A DNA stretch of 59,678 nucleotides, from the NCBI GenBank assembly GCA_013115145.1, contig JAAPAO010000161.1, forward strand, positions 1-59,678, written 5' to 3'. Below are positions 24,940 to 37,891 of the stretch, in pieces. Positions within the stretch are counted from its first letter, which is position 1; the number at the start of each line of letters is the position of its first letter. Made by a program: the position numbers and the translations under genes. The notes under the pieces are model-generated. The model was not told the DNA's origin. It saw only the letters and a program-made list of their open reading frames with translations, and made no database searches. The DNA is from Perkinsus chesapeaki ATCC PRA-425. Taxonomy: Eukaryota; Protista; Perkinsozoa.

Positions 24940-27900
24940 TATCAATTATGATACCAACAGTCTATGGCATGTACCAGTCATCAAGGGTACTCTAGAAGCA
25001 TTCGAACCCGAGGACACCTCTAGCGACACCTCTCCATGAGTGCCTACGACGCATTGCCAAAAAGCTGCCTACATCAGAGCAACGGGCCTCGTAGGTATCA
25101 ACGCCAAACAACTTCCTATAGTGCGACAGCGATACCACAATTGCCATCATAAGCAAGACGTCTGTCTTCTATCATTTAAAGTACTCCAAGCAAGTCCAAA
25201 AGGTGGAAATACTATCTTTCAAACGCAGTGTCGTTGTTAGCTTCCCTAGGGCTGACTTCAACCCACCCTCCACTGTCACCATCCAGGCTGCCAGCTCCAC
25301 TCGAAGATGCAGTTTGATTAAGCCATCCATTCGGTTCGGGTCGATCAGAAGGAGAATAACGCAGCCAATACCTTATCGGGAAAAATGCTGCAACCCAGGA
25401 TCGAACCCGGGATCTTTCGATCGCTACGCGTTCCATGTTTTCAATTGACTCGCTGAGCAGTTTGGCCTTATAATCTCACACTTATCATAGGTCCTATCAA
25501 ACACTATCTGCTACCTCCAACTGCAAATCTCCCTTACCCGTTCTTAAATCTCGCCCGATTAAGCGGGCAATCCAACCAATCCCAAAGACCCAGCGTTCTT
25601 CCCTCCACATTGTGATGCACCCTTTCCATCTCGCTGTCATAAAGGAACGTCCCGAATCTCAGGTCGTAGGAACAATCAATCAAAAACAACAGGAATTGCT
25701 CATTAAACTCGAACGCTCCGGGTAGCTGAGAGGGAATCCTGCAGCCGTTCCATCCAACCCAACAGCCCGCTTACCTGAGCCATCAACTGCCATACGCAAT
25801 GCAAGAATTGTAGAAAAATAGGGCTGTACTGGTCAGTTGGAGAGTGACCATTAGCCTGGCGAGTGTGGAACCTGTGCCCTGTCAATAGCCACTCCTGAAG
25901 GGGGGCACAATCGTACAAGGGCAAGATCCTAAGGCCCTTGCCTTTTGAATGAGATGAGAGAAGCCAATCGTTGTACGATAGAACGGGTCCATGATTAACA
26001 TAGCCAAGCACACAATCTGCGAAGTTCTGTCCCATCCGTCAGAGCAATGCACCAGAACGGGTCTAAAAATATCTTCCAAGATCAATATAGGGTCAATCAT
26101 CTCCACCATCCCCGGCGAGATACGTGAATACAGCTCGGAAATCCTGGCGCCCGCAACGTGAAGAATTAGCTTTATCCGCGAGATTATGAATGGCCATAGG
26201 ATCTCCTTTCGAGGAATTATAATATTTCGCCCTGAACCTATTGCCACAAGCCTGTCGACGGGGAGATAGTTTCACCAAAGGTTGCCATCTGTCTACTATC
26301 TGTTACCTGTCATCCATAAGTGTCTTAACAACGAGCAAGCTGGCATGCAACAAAGTCTGGATCAACTCTGACCATTTCGATTGCCAACCATAACGATCCA
26401 AGTCATCAGACCCCGGGTTAGATAGGCAATGCTAGCAAGGCCAACATCTAGAGAGCTCGATCACCTGGACCTCGGCTCACTTGCATGACTAGTAAACGCA
26501 TGGCTTCATGGCTGTCTCGGACATGCTTTATATTATGAACGTCGCCAAAGACTATCTCGGCCATCGTGTAGTAGGAGGAGGACTCGGAACCTGCTGTCAT
26601 TGATAATAAGGTGCTAACAAGGGTAACATATTAATGATAGGGCATATACAGACATTATTCAAATATCTATGTTCTCTATCATTTATATAGACGTATATTT
26701 CGATGACAAGAATACAGCTGCAAAGAGGGGCAGAGATAATAAACAAGTAGATGTTAGATATTATCTACAACTTTATAAATTAAAATTGTTTCAACTCGTT
26801 TATCCCTCAATGTCTAGTTCCATGGGATCACTAGATAGTTCATCAAATTACTTAATACTTAGTTATAATAGTTAATAGGTCGATTAGTTACCGACCATAT
26901 AGCACCGACCTTATAAACCATCAAGCACTAACCCTTACCGTGCCCCTGCATCATATTAGCATAAGCATTAATTTTGGGTCGAGCATCCAGTATAAGCAAC
27001 GGTCGTCTGTCTGGTCCAGAATCAGCGCTGCTCGAGCCTCGATCATCATAAGGCTCCGGGCTAGTTGAACGCGATCTTGGGCACCTAGGCTCCCTCACCG
27101 TGAAGGTAAGTCGAAATCAAGTTGGATTACTCGGAGACATTATCGGAGATGTCGGCAATTTCCTGCAAAAGACGCTCGTCATACGGGGAACGATTGTTAA
27201 ATGCCGACTTCGGCTGTGAGGATCTGATTAACTTGTCACAGTTGTTGACAGCACGCCACTAACCCATACCTCCACAATGCAGCCGGGCACTGCGGAGCAA
27301 ACTTGCCAGGTTTTCTTTGCCGAGGAGACAACCACGATAGAATTGGCAAACGGTTCTTTGACCTATGCTTGGCTGCGTGGATGATCTCCTGAAGACACCG
27401 AAGCGTTTGTGATGGTGGAAGCGTCGAGCATGGGTTTACTGGTATGCCGAACTTCCGCGGTAAAACTATTACAGGGGGGTAGGTTGAACAGAGTTGGAAA
27501 CGACCATTTATGGTTTCATGAACCTAGACAGGTAGGGCATGGGGCCGGATAAGTTGGTGGAAAAATGAAAATAAAACAGTCCGGCAACCCGGAATCGAAC
27601 CAGGGACCATCCGATGACTAATCACTACAGTCGGACGCTCTACCAACTGAGCTATTGCCGGTTACTATAAATAGGTCGTCAAAACGCTCAGCCAGGACTT
27701 GCTCTTATTAGAAAAAACAGACCGTAAATATCTACTGTTAAAGCCTTCGGGTACTTGGATACTCCCATCCTCTCATATTCAACCAACGCATCATAACGGA
27801 ATGTCAATGATGCTCTCTCCTCACTCCTCGTTGACTTCAATGCATCCTTCATGGCGTGCGACGTCGCGAATACATCATCTGTGGAATACATCAACGTCGT

Positions 27901-30375
27901 TCAATTCTGCTCGAACTATGCGCAAGAAGAAGTGATAGCGTGACGCACACCATGTCCCATGAAACGAGTCCATTCCTCAAGACAAGAAATCTCCCTATTA
28001 GTGACACTTATCGACTCTACTTATCCTACACTGCCACTACGTGGCGGTGGCACCAATTCCGTGCTTGCAATTATACTATTCGATCAATATCTATAGTATA
28101 GTAGTTACTATAGATATTAATCGAGTGCGACAGAACTAATAGATAATAGTGGTCATTAAAGGACATTAGTGGTCATTAAAGGACATTAGTGGTCATTAAA
28201 GGACATTAGTGGTCATTAAAGGACATTAGTGGTCATTAAAGGACATTAGTGGTCATTAAAGGACATTAGTGGTCATTAAAGGACATTAGTGGACGTAAAA
28301 ACACGATCCTCGCATCATGATCATGTTAGCAAGGTCGCCTTAAAACTCCGAGCCCCACGACCCTCACCTATCCTAGTGGCTTCCAGTGCAAGTTGCCGTA
28401 TCAAACTGCTCAACTGCCAAGACTGATCTCTATACCCTCCTCCCGCATTCGGGATATAAAACTGAAGTCGATATCCTCTGGCCACTTTCGGTACCTAGCA
28501 CCAGTCAATCTGCCCTCGACTGCACCAGCACTCATTTCCTACCAGCTCTATCACACACGACCTATCCGATAGGTTCCTTGTCGCAAGCTGGCGGATATGC
28601 CCGAGTGGGACCTCTACTGGGAACTCCAGTGCCGGAAACCTGAAAAACGAACCAGCGATAACGCTTGTCGCAATCTCTTATGAGAATTCGTTATAAGAGT
28701 AGTGTGTCGCGGAGTTATGTCGATGAGATCGGTAGGAGAAGTTAGTGAAAAATTAGTTACTACTAACAATGGCTTTGAGGTCTCCCTTAGAGGTTCTCCT
28801 TCTGGTGATTCACTAGTACCGGTGGAAACAACAACGAACATTTCAGAATTCAAATCCGTCGCGAGTAATTAAGTAGTTAAGCCCCATCTCAGCCCCGCCT
28901 CCGGCCGCTCGTGGCCAAAATTGGCGTCAAAAACTTTCTCGAAACAAAATCAGCTCTGGAATCCAACTCGAAGACGTCATTAGTCATACAAGAGACATCA
29001 TACCTTTTAAACATTGCTCTCTGATGCCTTGAATGATCCGACACCTCCAGTGGTGGTAACGGTATAAATGCCACTCGGTAGTTCGTCACCGCCAGTGTCC
29101 CAATAATCTAATACACCACCTTATAACCCATACATCAACCCTACGGCCTTACTCCACAAGCTAGCTCAGGTCTCCCCCTACTCCTTAAACTTCCCTCACC
29201 ATTAGCCTGCCCTGCTCCGTTAACCACTACTGCACTAGATATACCAGCTATCATTTGGGCTGGGATAACTACATTGACAGTTTACTAATATTAGTACCAT
29301 TCGACTTAAAGTCTATAGCGAGTAATGTTTACGGAAATTAACCCATTCCTATAATACCTACACGAGTCCAACCTCGGCGACTTGGATTGTTGCACAATAA
29401 GAGACATAAATTGCGGTAGAGCAACCAAATGAAGTTGTGGGTAGTAGAGGCACGAACAATCGTCGAAAAGCACGCTCGAGTTCACGGGTACCGCATCGAA
29501 AAATAGCATTTATGTTTCGGTCTTTAATAGCGTAAGTTTAAGGACATTGTTGGGCAGTATACTACTTACGCCCCATCGAAGCCACCGTTCCTCCCGGTAC
29601 CAGCCCCATCATAGAGGAAGCTGCTGATGATGGATCTCGACCACCAGGCACTAGCAGCTCACACCGCCCTATTCGAGCTCGAAAGCTCTCACCGGCTAAT
29701 AGTAACCTAACTCAATCATATGCACACATTCACAGTTCACGAGTGACGGCTTACGAATCAAGGACTTGATCAACATCCCACAGCCCTTCCCTGTCCACTT
29801 CAGTTGGATCACCTTCGGCTTGAGCAATAGGCAATGCTCCATGCACCCTCGGGGCACTGTACCGACGAAGCCTAACAATTAGGCTACTATTGACCGTGTG
29901 ATCTCGCACCTTCGGACTGAATAACGGCGCTTTCGACTTGAAGAAAATTGCACTCAACTGTCCGTCGGTTGTACATATAGCCAGCTATACCGTAAACATG
30001 TTCTCAGGAGCAAGTGTAGCAGTATCATTGACTTTAGACATACTGATGAGTCTACAAGAGCCACCCCCCTATTACTCCGCTACCGTCCATCCGTCCAGTG
30101 ACCCCAATGACCCCTCATCCGAGCATATAGAGCCAGCACCCATCGGCCCTAACACCATCTAAAGCTACATGGCCCTCCTATACCGTCATACCAATACAAG
30201 GGCTTGATAAGGACGGCCCTGAGCTTCCCCTTGGCTTTCGTCTTGCCACCCTTGAAGCCGCTCCCGTTAGGGGGTCAGATCCGAATTCAACCGCACTCGT
30301 CTGCAGCGATGATGACGATGATGTGCTGCTGCTGCTGCCGCTCCCCGTCTGCTGCTGCGCACCATGCTTAGACAT
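24940..30375 (-). CDS. Myotubularin-family phosphoinositide phosphatase (GRAM plus PTP-like domain), multi-exon; ends approximate
   Basis: [10 protein letters not shown] (GRAM), [36 protein letters not shown], catalytic [68 protein letters not shown]|YWLRY. Confidence 0.95.
25386..25422 (-). other. tRNA-Phe-like 3' fragment making up most of myotubularin intron 25372-25427
   Basis: GATCGAAAGATCCCGGGTTCGATCCTGGGTTGCAGCA followed by TTTTT; starts 5 nt after the GT donor. Confidence 0.8.
27580..27661 (-). tRNA. tRNA-Tyr (GTA) with a 9-nt intron (27616-27624), located inside myotubularin intron 27524-27735
   Basis: CCGGCAATAGCTCAGTTGGTAGAGCGTCCGACTGTAG[TGATTAGTC]ATCGGATGGTCCCTGGTTCGATTCCGGGTTGCCGGA; removing 9 nt after position 37 gives a canonical 73-nt cloverleaf. 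Confidence 0.95.
28147..28292. repeat. Minisatellite, 20-bp unit, 7.3 identical copies, probably intronic in the myotubularin gene
   Basis: (TAGTGGTCATTAAAGGACAT)x7 plus TAGTGG. Confidence 0.98.
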
Positions 30376-30429
30376 GCCTCTCTAAGGCACTTTACATTTG
30401 ACTTAACGCAAACCAGTTTGAATATTCGG

Positions 30430-32700
30430 CAAAAGCCAGGCAAGTTGGTAGGCATGAACGCTATGATTATTCAAACAGCACTACTCCCAGAACTGTCCCC
30501 GCACACAACGGCAGGTCCTCTAACCTGCTCACTTCCCCTCGAGCCAACGCCACTCTCGTATCTAACCAAGTTAGCAAATCCAAAATCTCCTCGGTCCTAC
30601 GTTGGCACAAAAAACTTAATGACGCGCCACGCCTCCACACCACCGGCATCTTCAAGCATCTTTAATGTATCATTAATTAATTGCGAAAGATACGCCCTGA
30701 ATATCGCACTGTGAAGAATTCGCCCATCACCACGAACATTACCTCTGCGCCTGGTGCCCTCCATAAAAGACCGTGTCCCGAATTCTGTGATGGTGATTCT
30801 TAAACAGATTAAAATGCCGCAAGAGATGTTTACAGTGTGGCAGCAGTGCTACCAAAGATTCCTCAAGATGATACAGGAAAGCAACACCCACCTTTTCCAA
30901 GCCTACCATTCCTACCAATAATGGTCTGCAAAATGACTACTGCTCGAGCAAAGATAGACGGCTCCTGAACGCAGCCATAATATCCAACACGAGTTAAAAG
31001 AAAAATTCCAAGGCCGAGGACCTCGGGCCAAGGCAGGTGCCATCCACGGGCTTATAAAGGAATCGAAAACGCTTCCATTCTATCTAGAAACGTATTTTCT
31101 TAAATTCCATTGTATCTCTGGATCATAGGAATTTTTGCATCCCTGAGGATCACATCGAGTGGCTGCTGGATGGCCCCTGAGGGAACCCAAGTGTACTGCA
31201 AGCTACTGCAAAAGATATCCTTTGCACATCGGAGTTAACTTATTTCTCAAATTTCCACTTGAAAATTTTATCGCGATAAAACCTGTTACTTTGCAAATTC
31301 AACACCGTGCCATTCTGGGCAGCGATAAATCTCGTAAGATTGCTCCATCCGTCTGCACATATATTACTAGTATACTCCAGCCCTACCCATTACTACCCGT
31401 GATCTGATAACCTTGTCAAGTGCCACCACTACAGCTGGTAGACAGCCTATAACCTAACATAACCTACATCTTACACCTGCCAATGCTTTTCTAATATCTT
31501 GCAGCACTGCATTATCGGCACACCACTACACGTCCTACTCTTTTAGCAAGCCATTTATAAACAAAGGAGCGTCGCTACAGTAACAACTACAGTAACTCGT
31601 CTACTATCAACTATAAGATATCTTTTCTTAAAACACAAAGTGTTCCCTTTTTTGTACCTCATCTTCTCTCCCATCTATACATAAGAGCTGCTTTGACCCA
31701 TTAAATGCCAATGTTGCATATGGCTCAGACTTTTCCACTAGCCCTCCAATGAAGAGTGGCAAGAAATAAGCAAGATCTAGTCGACGCGGATCAACTGTCC
31801 ATGCCAAACCAGTGCGATGCTCTGAGATATCAGACAGGTACAAGGACTAGTGCACAGTGCCCTAGCGCAGTGACCCTATTGTTGAGCAATCGGTGGCCAA
31901 CCGGTACAGATATTCAATTCAGAGATGTTTCCATGACATTAACAACCTCAAGATCTCTAGTCTGATGCATGCTCTAAGCGAAGATATCAAAAGTTAGGGA
32001 CAGACAGCTGCTGAAAAAGTGCATGTAATACAACCAAAAGAGACCCGACTTTCACCATATTTCTTCTTGTTACGAGGAGCATATTCTATTTCCCTTAGTG
32101 CTGACTAGTCCGCGGGTCACTAGTACAGTCATTCTCGACTACCATTTCTCTTCCACTACACATAAAGATAAGGTGAACATCGTTATTGGCGATAATACCA
32201 CAAATGAAGATGTCTACAAACTCAAGTGGAAGGCCAGTGGGCTACGAGTCACTAGAGATAATATCCAAGAACCGAATCCCCACATTGACCGAATGCCTTA
32301 CCATGCTGAACCATAATAGGCAAATCCCCTCGTTCATACTGCAACCGAAACAAAGTAGCTGGTGGACTCTTGGAAAGAAATATACTTGATGGCATTAATG
32401 CTCGGGGATCAATCTGACCTCAAAAATATCTTGATCGATCTATCATTATCCTTACATGGCTCTTATAAACTGTCGTCTGCGGTGGGCCATCCCCCCATGC
32501 TGATCTCAATCGTCGAGGTGTCGGTATGATCTGCACACATGCCCATAATCCTCCACGAGCCTACACAGCCGCCTACCTCAGTAATTTTAGACACGTTCTT
32601 CACCTTTCTTCTAAATCGGTTGCCTCTATTATCATCACGATTACACTCAAGCGCGCCTAAAGTTCTCATAAGCTCATAATACAACCATTACTATTACGAC
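30430..32700 (-). CDS. PACRG-like (parkin co-regulated) domain protein, multi-exon; ends uncertain
   Basis: GLAWTVDPRRLDLAYFLPLFIGGLVEKSEPYATLAFNGSKQLL matches the PACRG core W...LDY..YLPLF..GL.E...PY...A..G...LL. Confidence 0.6.
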
Positions 32701-33009
32701 ACTGTCGTGGCTGTGGTGGTATTATACCGATATACTGCCTATCATCTTTAACACTTATATTCGAGCCAACAACATCTTTCAAGAACGAACCGTTGACCAT
32801 ACTAACAGTAGCCTATCTTAAGATAACAACGCAAGGTCAATGGTGTCTAAAACCCTCTACTAGCAACATGGCTATACTCCTCAAATATTATCATCAAAAA
32901 AGGGTAATGCATTCAGTGGCAAACTGAAAGCTGTACCTAATAGGGAGCCTATACCGCCGCCAAGTCCACTGCTCACTTGTCTCACTCAGGTAGCTTCTCT
33001 CTTTCATTT

Positions 33010-33580
33010 TTATTCTTCCTGTGGTGGGTACACATACGGCACGTCTTTATAAAGTCGCTGAAAGGAAAGACCATGCAGATCCTGAAAACGTGAGCACTGA
33101 CTCACTCCCTTGTTGACCCTGATCCAGTATTGTTCCCAAAACCTACTCCAGTAGTAGGAGCCTAGGAGACCACCAATGACCATGAAGGCATAGAATCTGA
33201 CGAAGGAATCGACTATATAGGAGGAGTTCATTAACTTACCGTGGAGTTGATTTGAAGAATAGCTCGTAAAGACGAAGACGATTGAAGGCTCGGAAGAACC
33301 AATCTGATAGAATAACCGTAAAAACGATAGATTCCAGTTTCGTACCCATTCGATCAACTCCAACACGTTTTCTAGCCATCCAGTCTTCAATCCATTTAGG
33401 GTCATGAGCGTAACTTGTACCTAAGATACCACCATTAATGAAACCGCATCTTCGCCTCTTCGTACCAAAACCCGAGCCCATCCCTCCGCGGGCCACTCGG
33501 GAGACGGCGAAAAGCCCGCGGTAAGGCGGCGCAGTAGCACTGCGGGCGACGATGACAGCTCGCCCAAGGAAGCAGCTCAT
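33010..33580 (-). CDS. QCR9: Cytochrome bc1 complex subunit QCR9 (UQCR10), myzozoan type with N-terminal extension
   Basis: Spliced: MSCFLGRAVIVARS...DWFFRAFNRLRLYELFFKSTPR|FYAFMVIGGLLGSYYWSRFWEQYWIRVNKG|RLYKDVPYVYPPQEE; LY..FF.S, a single TM helix and N.G.LYKD pattern. Confidence 0.72.
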
Positions 33581-33608
33581 AGTCAACAAATAGCAACACG
33601 AACTTGTG

Positions 33609-34227
33609 TTAGAGAAGACTTTGAGTTTGGGCGTGCGAGATGCGTGGCGGAGCGAAGCATGACAACAATTCCATATTATCACGGACGTCTTTCTCGCTCG
33701 CCATCCTGCGCATTGACTGCCTCCAAGTTGTCACGGGAATCTCAAGGCGTGACGCCTTCCGAACACTCGCGAACTCGTTTCGGATTGCTCTTGCAGTATT
33801 CTTGCTATTAGACGGAACTTGAGTCCTCTTGTAGGTCTTAGAAACATCAGCATGTTCCTTTAACTTGTTATGACACTCTCCTGGTAGGCAGCCTTCCGCG
33901 ATGTCCTCTCTAGTCATAGTCGGAGTCTCGGTAAAACGTAAGCTTGTCAGAGCGTGATCCCCTGGGTCGAAGGCTCTACAGAATGACAATCTTTAAATGC
34001 GGTTACGTCATACGAGATACCTTGTGTCTATTTCTTACGCTAAAACTACTGTCTAATTCGGAGAATGTAGGATCGGTCTTCTTGTGTGCGCGTGCGATAT
34101 AATGGTAAACATGTAATGTGAGATCGAATATCGTCCAACCATTGCGACCTTTTACCGATACGTTAGGGTTGTGAAGCACCCTACAATAAATAATAAGGAG
34201 TACTAAGTGCATAAGGATATCTAGCAA
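33609..34227 (-). CDS. Hypothetical protein fragment(s)
   Basis: Adjacent open frames 34003-34227 and 33609-33989; no recognised motif. Confidence 0.3.
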
Positions 34228-34651
34228 CCGTCCCTACTCCATCCGAGAGATGAAATTTCCTACCATTTGTCAGGGTGTTATGTTAACAGTTGAAAATTCC
34301 AACTTGGAATCTACTATGATAATATGGAACCCATATTATTATCTATCATGGATAATACACAACTCGAGTCTGTAGACTATAGATCTCGGTGCATTGACAG
34401 TCAATGATTGACTCGACTCAACTCGGAAGTGTTACTATTGAAGCGGCCATTTGAGTTAACAGATACTGGCCGAGTGAAAAGCGAATACCTTACGGTGATT
34501 ACTGATACTCACATGGGCACTCATCAGAACACCAATGATCTATAAACCCTCTATGAGAACTATTTTTCGAGTTGATAAATTGTCATTGATTATCAATGAT
34601 AATCACTGATTAGTTTGATAAACCCCAGAAGATTCATCGGATAACATCATG

Positions 34652-35068
34652 TTAAGGACAATGACCAGAAGCCAAGTATACGAAGGGCTCTGGACCACAC
34701 TGCGTACGTACGGAATTGTCTGCATTGACGTAATCGAAGTTCATCAAGTCGCCTTCACTAACTTCGATGATGTCGCGGCAAACAACGTATCTAACGTAGC
34801 CCGTAAAGTATTGATGAGCTGCATACGACCCTTCGGTAATGGTATAGTGTGGAGGAGGACCTTGCTTTATATTTAGTGTGATACTATCTTGCTTATCACC
34901 GCAAATCACAAGCAAACTTATTTGTTGGGCTGCATTGCTCATCCCATTCAGCCAGTCCACTTGCACACAGGCGTCTTCACTTAAGACCTTGAAGTATTTG
35001 CCGATAGGGCCGGTACTGCCTCTCGAGAGGGAAAGTATGAGGGCGAGTACCATGAACGGATATGACAT
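34652..35068 (-). CDS. Small secreted hypothetical protein (138 aa, signal peptide), single exon; 'gene A'
   Basis: MSYPFMVLALILSLSRGS hydrophobic N-terminus; spaced Cys; decayed paralog at 38761. Confidence 0.75.
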   Translation of the reverse strand: MSYPFMVLALILSLSRGSTGPIGKYFKVLSEDACVQVDWLNGMSNAAQQISLLVICGDKQDSITLNIKQGPPPHYTITEGSYAAHQYFTGYVRYVVCRDIIEVSEGDLMNFDYVNADNSVRTQCGPEPFVYLASGHCP

Positions 35069-35917
35069 ATCACGAGGAGTTATAAACGCCTGTCAAATAA
35101 CCGACTTCACCCATCACGCGATGATATAACTGTGTATTGTACAGTGTATATACTCATCGTTATACTGGCGTCTGCACCTAACAGGCTGTGATCAGCAGCC
35201 GCAATAAATGGTGAAGAAGGGGCTATTGAAATACCTGAGATACCCGTAGTCTCTAATGGATGTGCGATAAAGCGACTCCGACATTTCCCGCACGGCGCAT
35301 AAACTGTCTCCATGCACGCATACCCCCCGCGCCGTCTCTGGTCATCTTTTGTTGTTTGGCACTTGGAGTCTCTGTAGATGATTGCTAGTAGGCCGATAAA
35401 TCATCAGGAGCCTTGAATTATGCTAGATTCTTGAACTACTTTAGCATCAGCGAGACTTCGATCTAAAGTCAGAAACTGCAGTCATGGAAATCTCTGCCAA
35501 GCAGAGATGTCTGGCTCCTGGCCAATCATTCATTTTTAGCACTGGGCCTGCTGAATCACCAGGGATGATATACGCTCTACTTAATAGGTTCCGGTAACAT
35601 GCCCACTCGTTCAACAAACCTCGTTGCGTCTGCGCTACTCGGACGTAGGAGCAGTTATCGGTACAATAGATGCAGGACAAATGCCGACCATGGAGCCGGT
35701 CACCGGTGACGCAGGCCGTGTCTTGAGTCAAGACTCTTGACCCCCCTCAGTCGACGACTCTGCCAGGGAGTAGAGGGGCAAGTTCTTGACTTCTCGTTCG
35801 CCTAGCACTTCTTCGTTGATACCCCGAGCTTGGAACGTGAACACGCTGTGCGTGGTGTCGGAGAGGTTGGTGGATAATTCACTCTCACACTGAAATTTCA
35901 GGCTTGATGTTGCTGTT

Positions 35918-36754
35918 ATGGTTACCACGTCGCTGTTTTCCCTCTTCATTCAGCGGAACCCTAATAGCCCATTCTCTAAAAGGACCGGAGCTGATTTCAT
36001 CCCAGCAGTTACATCCTTGAGCAGGCTTCATCCAGCAAGGACGAGTAGACCCTCGTACGCATGCCTCGGGCAGTATCTCGGCTGGGGCTTCTTAATAGCT
36101 TTATTCATCACTTGTTGCTTATGCGTCTCTTTCAATATTATACTTATGCTATCTAAATCTTACGTGGCTTCCTATATCATCTCAGGCTGGAAGGTTAGCC
36201 TTGAAAATTTTCACCTTGGCCCAGCACCGGCATGGTTAGACAATCCACCTGGTGACTTCCATCACGTCGTCGGCCAGTACGCTAGGTTTGCCCTGACTCT
36301 CTCTATCAGGAACAATCCATCTTGGTCGGCTATTAAGGTGAATGCTGTGCATATGTACCTTGGGGGCAGCACGATTGGCATAAATATGCGCACTAATGGT
36401 AATTTCGCTGGCGACGATGTTATCACTTTGAATCTGACAGTGCCCTTCACTGAACTCAATGAATTGAAATATCCGTGTCTTTACCATTACAGTAAAAACA
36501 TGAAGAAGGTTCCACTAACGGCAGTGCTGGTGTTTGTGCCCACAATATTAGGGCAAGATCTTGGTACTTTCGAGATGGGAACTAATTCTCAGCTGATAAG
36601 CATTTCGTCGACGAACATCTTGTCAACGTTTATTGACGAGCCTGTGGCCAAGCGCTGTGACGTGGATCTATCGGAAGATAGTGCGCTACTCGAGGGTGGC
36701 CTGAAAACTGACCTAGTTGAAGTGCGTTCTCTCGTGTACAATCTTCCTTACTAG
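35918..36754 (+). CDS. Type II membrane protein with LEA_2-like beta-sandwich, single exon; 'gene B'
   Basis: TM segment LGWGFLIALFITCCLCVSFNIILML followed by FALTLSIRNNPSW...ITLNLTVPF; paralog at about 38000-38740. Confidence 0.7.
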   Translation: MVTTSLFSLFIQRNPNSPFSKRTGADFIPAVTSLSRLHPARTSRPSYACLGQYLGWGFLIALFITCCLCVSFNIILMLSKSYVASYIISGWKVSLENFHLGPAPAWLDNPPGDFHHVVGQYARFALTLSIRNNPSWSAIKVNAVHMYLGGSTIGINMRTNGNFAGDDVITLNLTVPFTELNELKYPCLYHYSKNMKKVPLTAVLVFVPTILGQDLGTFEMGTNSQLISISSTNILSTFIDEPVAKRCDVDLSEDSALLEGGLKTDLVEVRSLVYNLPY

Positions 36755-37891
36755 TATATTGATCGGTCGATCCCGACGATAATAGTATTTTACTAGAAAT
36801 CATCACTAGTACTTGTAATCATTTGACTTGAAATGAGGAATGTTTGGCTCCATGATGAAAACTAGACATTCCATTATATGTTGCCGGGCAAGGCCTATTT
36901 CTTACTCATTGCTTATCTCAGTTTTGAGTTCCAAAACTAGTTAGTGTAACGATCGAAACATTAGGGTATATGCTCGTCTAGAATTCTGACGTCTCCAAAT
37001 ACGCAGTTATTGCAAGGTATTGATTAAGCAACCCGACAAGTTGTCTCGATACCAATGGCATAGGCATTGAGCATAATATTCAGTCCTAGTCAAAACCTGG
37101 GATTCCGAACGCTCGCGTTAGACAGCAACCCAACATCTTCACTGTGAAGTCATGCATACTGGCTTACTCAGGTAACCCTAGAAAATAGGTCGAACATGAT
37201 TCATAGCTCCGAGTCTCAGACTTTGGGAAGGGCATGTGGGTTGTAAGGAGAGGACGTATCAAGGAGACCTTGGCCTTGAGGCAAGCCGCCAATGAGGAAA
37301 TTATGATCCTCCTGAGATATACAATGGCTCAAGCAGCACACATCTCTCTACCGGGAATGAAGGGTTCGAACAAATAAAATATCCTTAGCCTCACGGATCA
37401 TCTATATACATCCGAATGCACGACAGTAGAGACAAAGGCAGCGTTAGACAGTCTGCTTGATTGCGACAAGACGGTTGGGAACAAGGCTCCCGTGATCAGA
37501 TAGCATTGACGCTTTATGGTTGGATTGAATTTCGCGTGCGGGATGCGCTGCCCCGCGAAGTCCGAATGTTCCCCGCACTGCAACAGTGGCAGCGGTTCAC
37601 CCTAATAAGATGGTCCCATTGGCGTCACTTCGGCCGAGCAGTCCTCGACTAGGTGAGCTACCTGGGTACCTCCTATTGACCTCCGAATTCTCGCACGGTT
37701 GTGACGCGCAACCCATGGCATCGGACGACCAGGGGTGCAACTTGCACGTCACTTAATAAGCTTACAGCAAGGCTCTTCCCTTGGCTGGTGTCTAGTGAAT
37801 AGTACTGCCCCAGTACTCTGCTTGGCGTGCTCTCAATATACTCTAGAAGGGACAGATCAAGTCATGTCGGATACTTGCACGCACCCTGTGC

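Noticed and set aside
24990-25017. GGGTTCGAAT near a possible donor as a fifth tRNA-headed intron
   Set aside because: There is no complementary T-stem or acceptor strand, and the segment may be coding (GVLGFECF).
37325-37333. TGGCTCAAG (and AGCCATTTTGG near 59402) as spliced-leader relics
   Set aside because: Only 9-11 nt match the 21-22-nt Perkinsus/dinoflagellate leader, with no following GT/Sm site or retrogene context.
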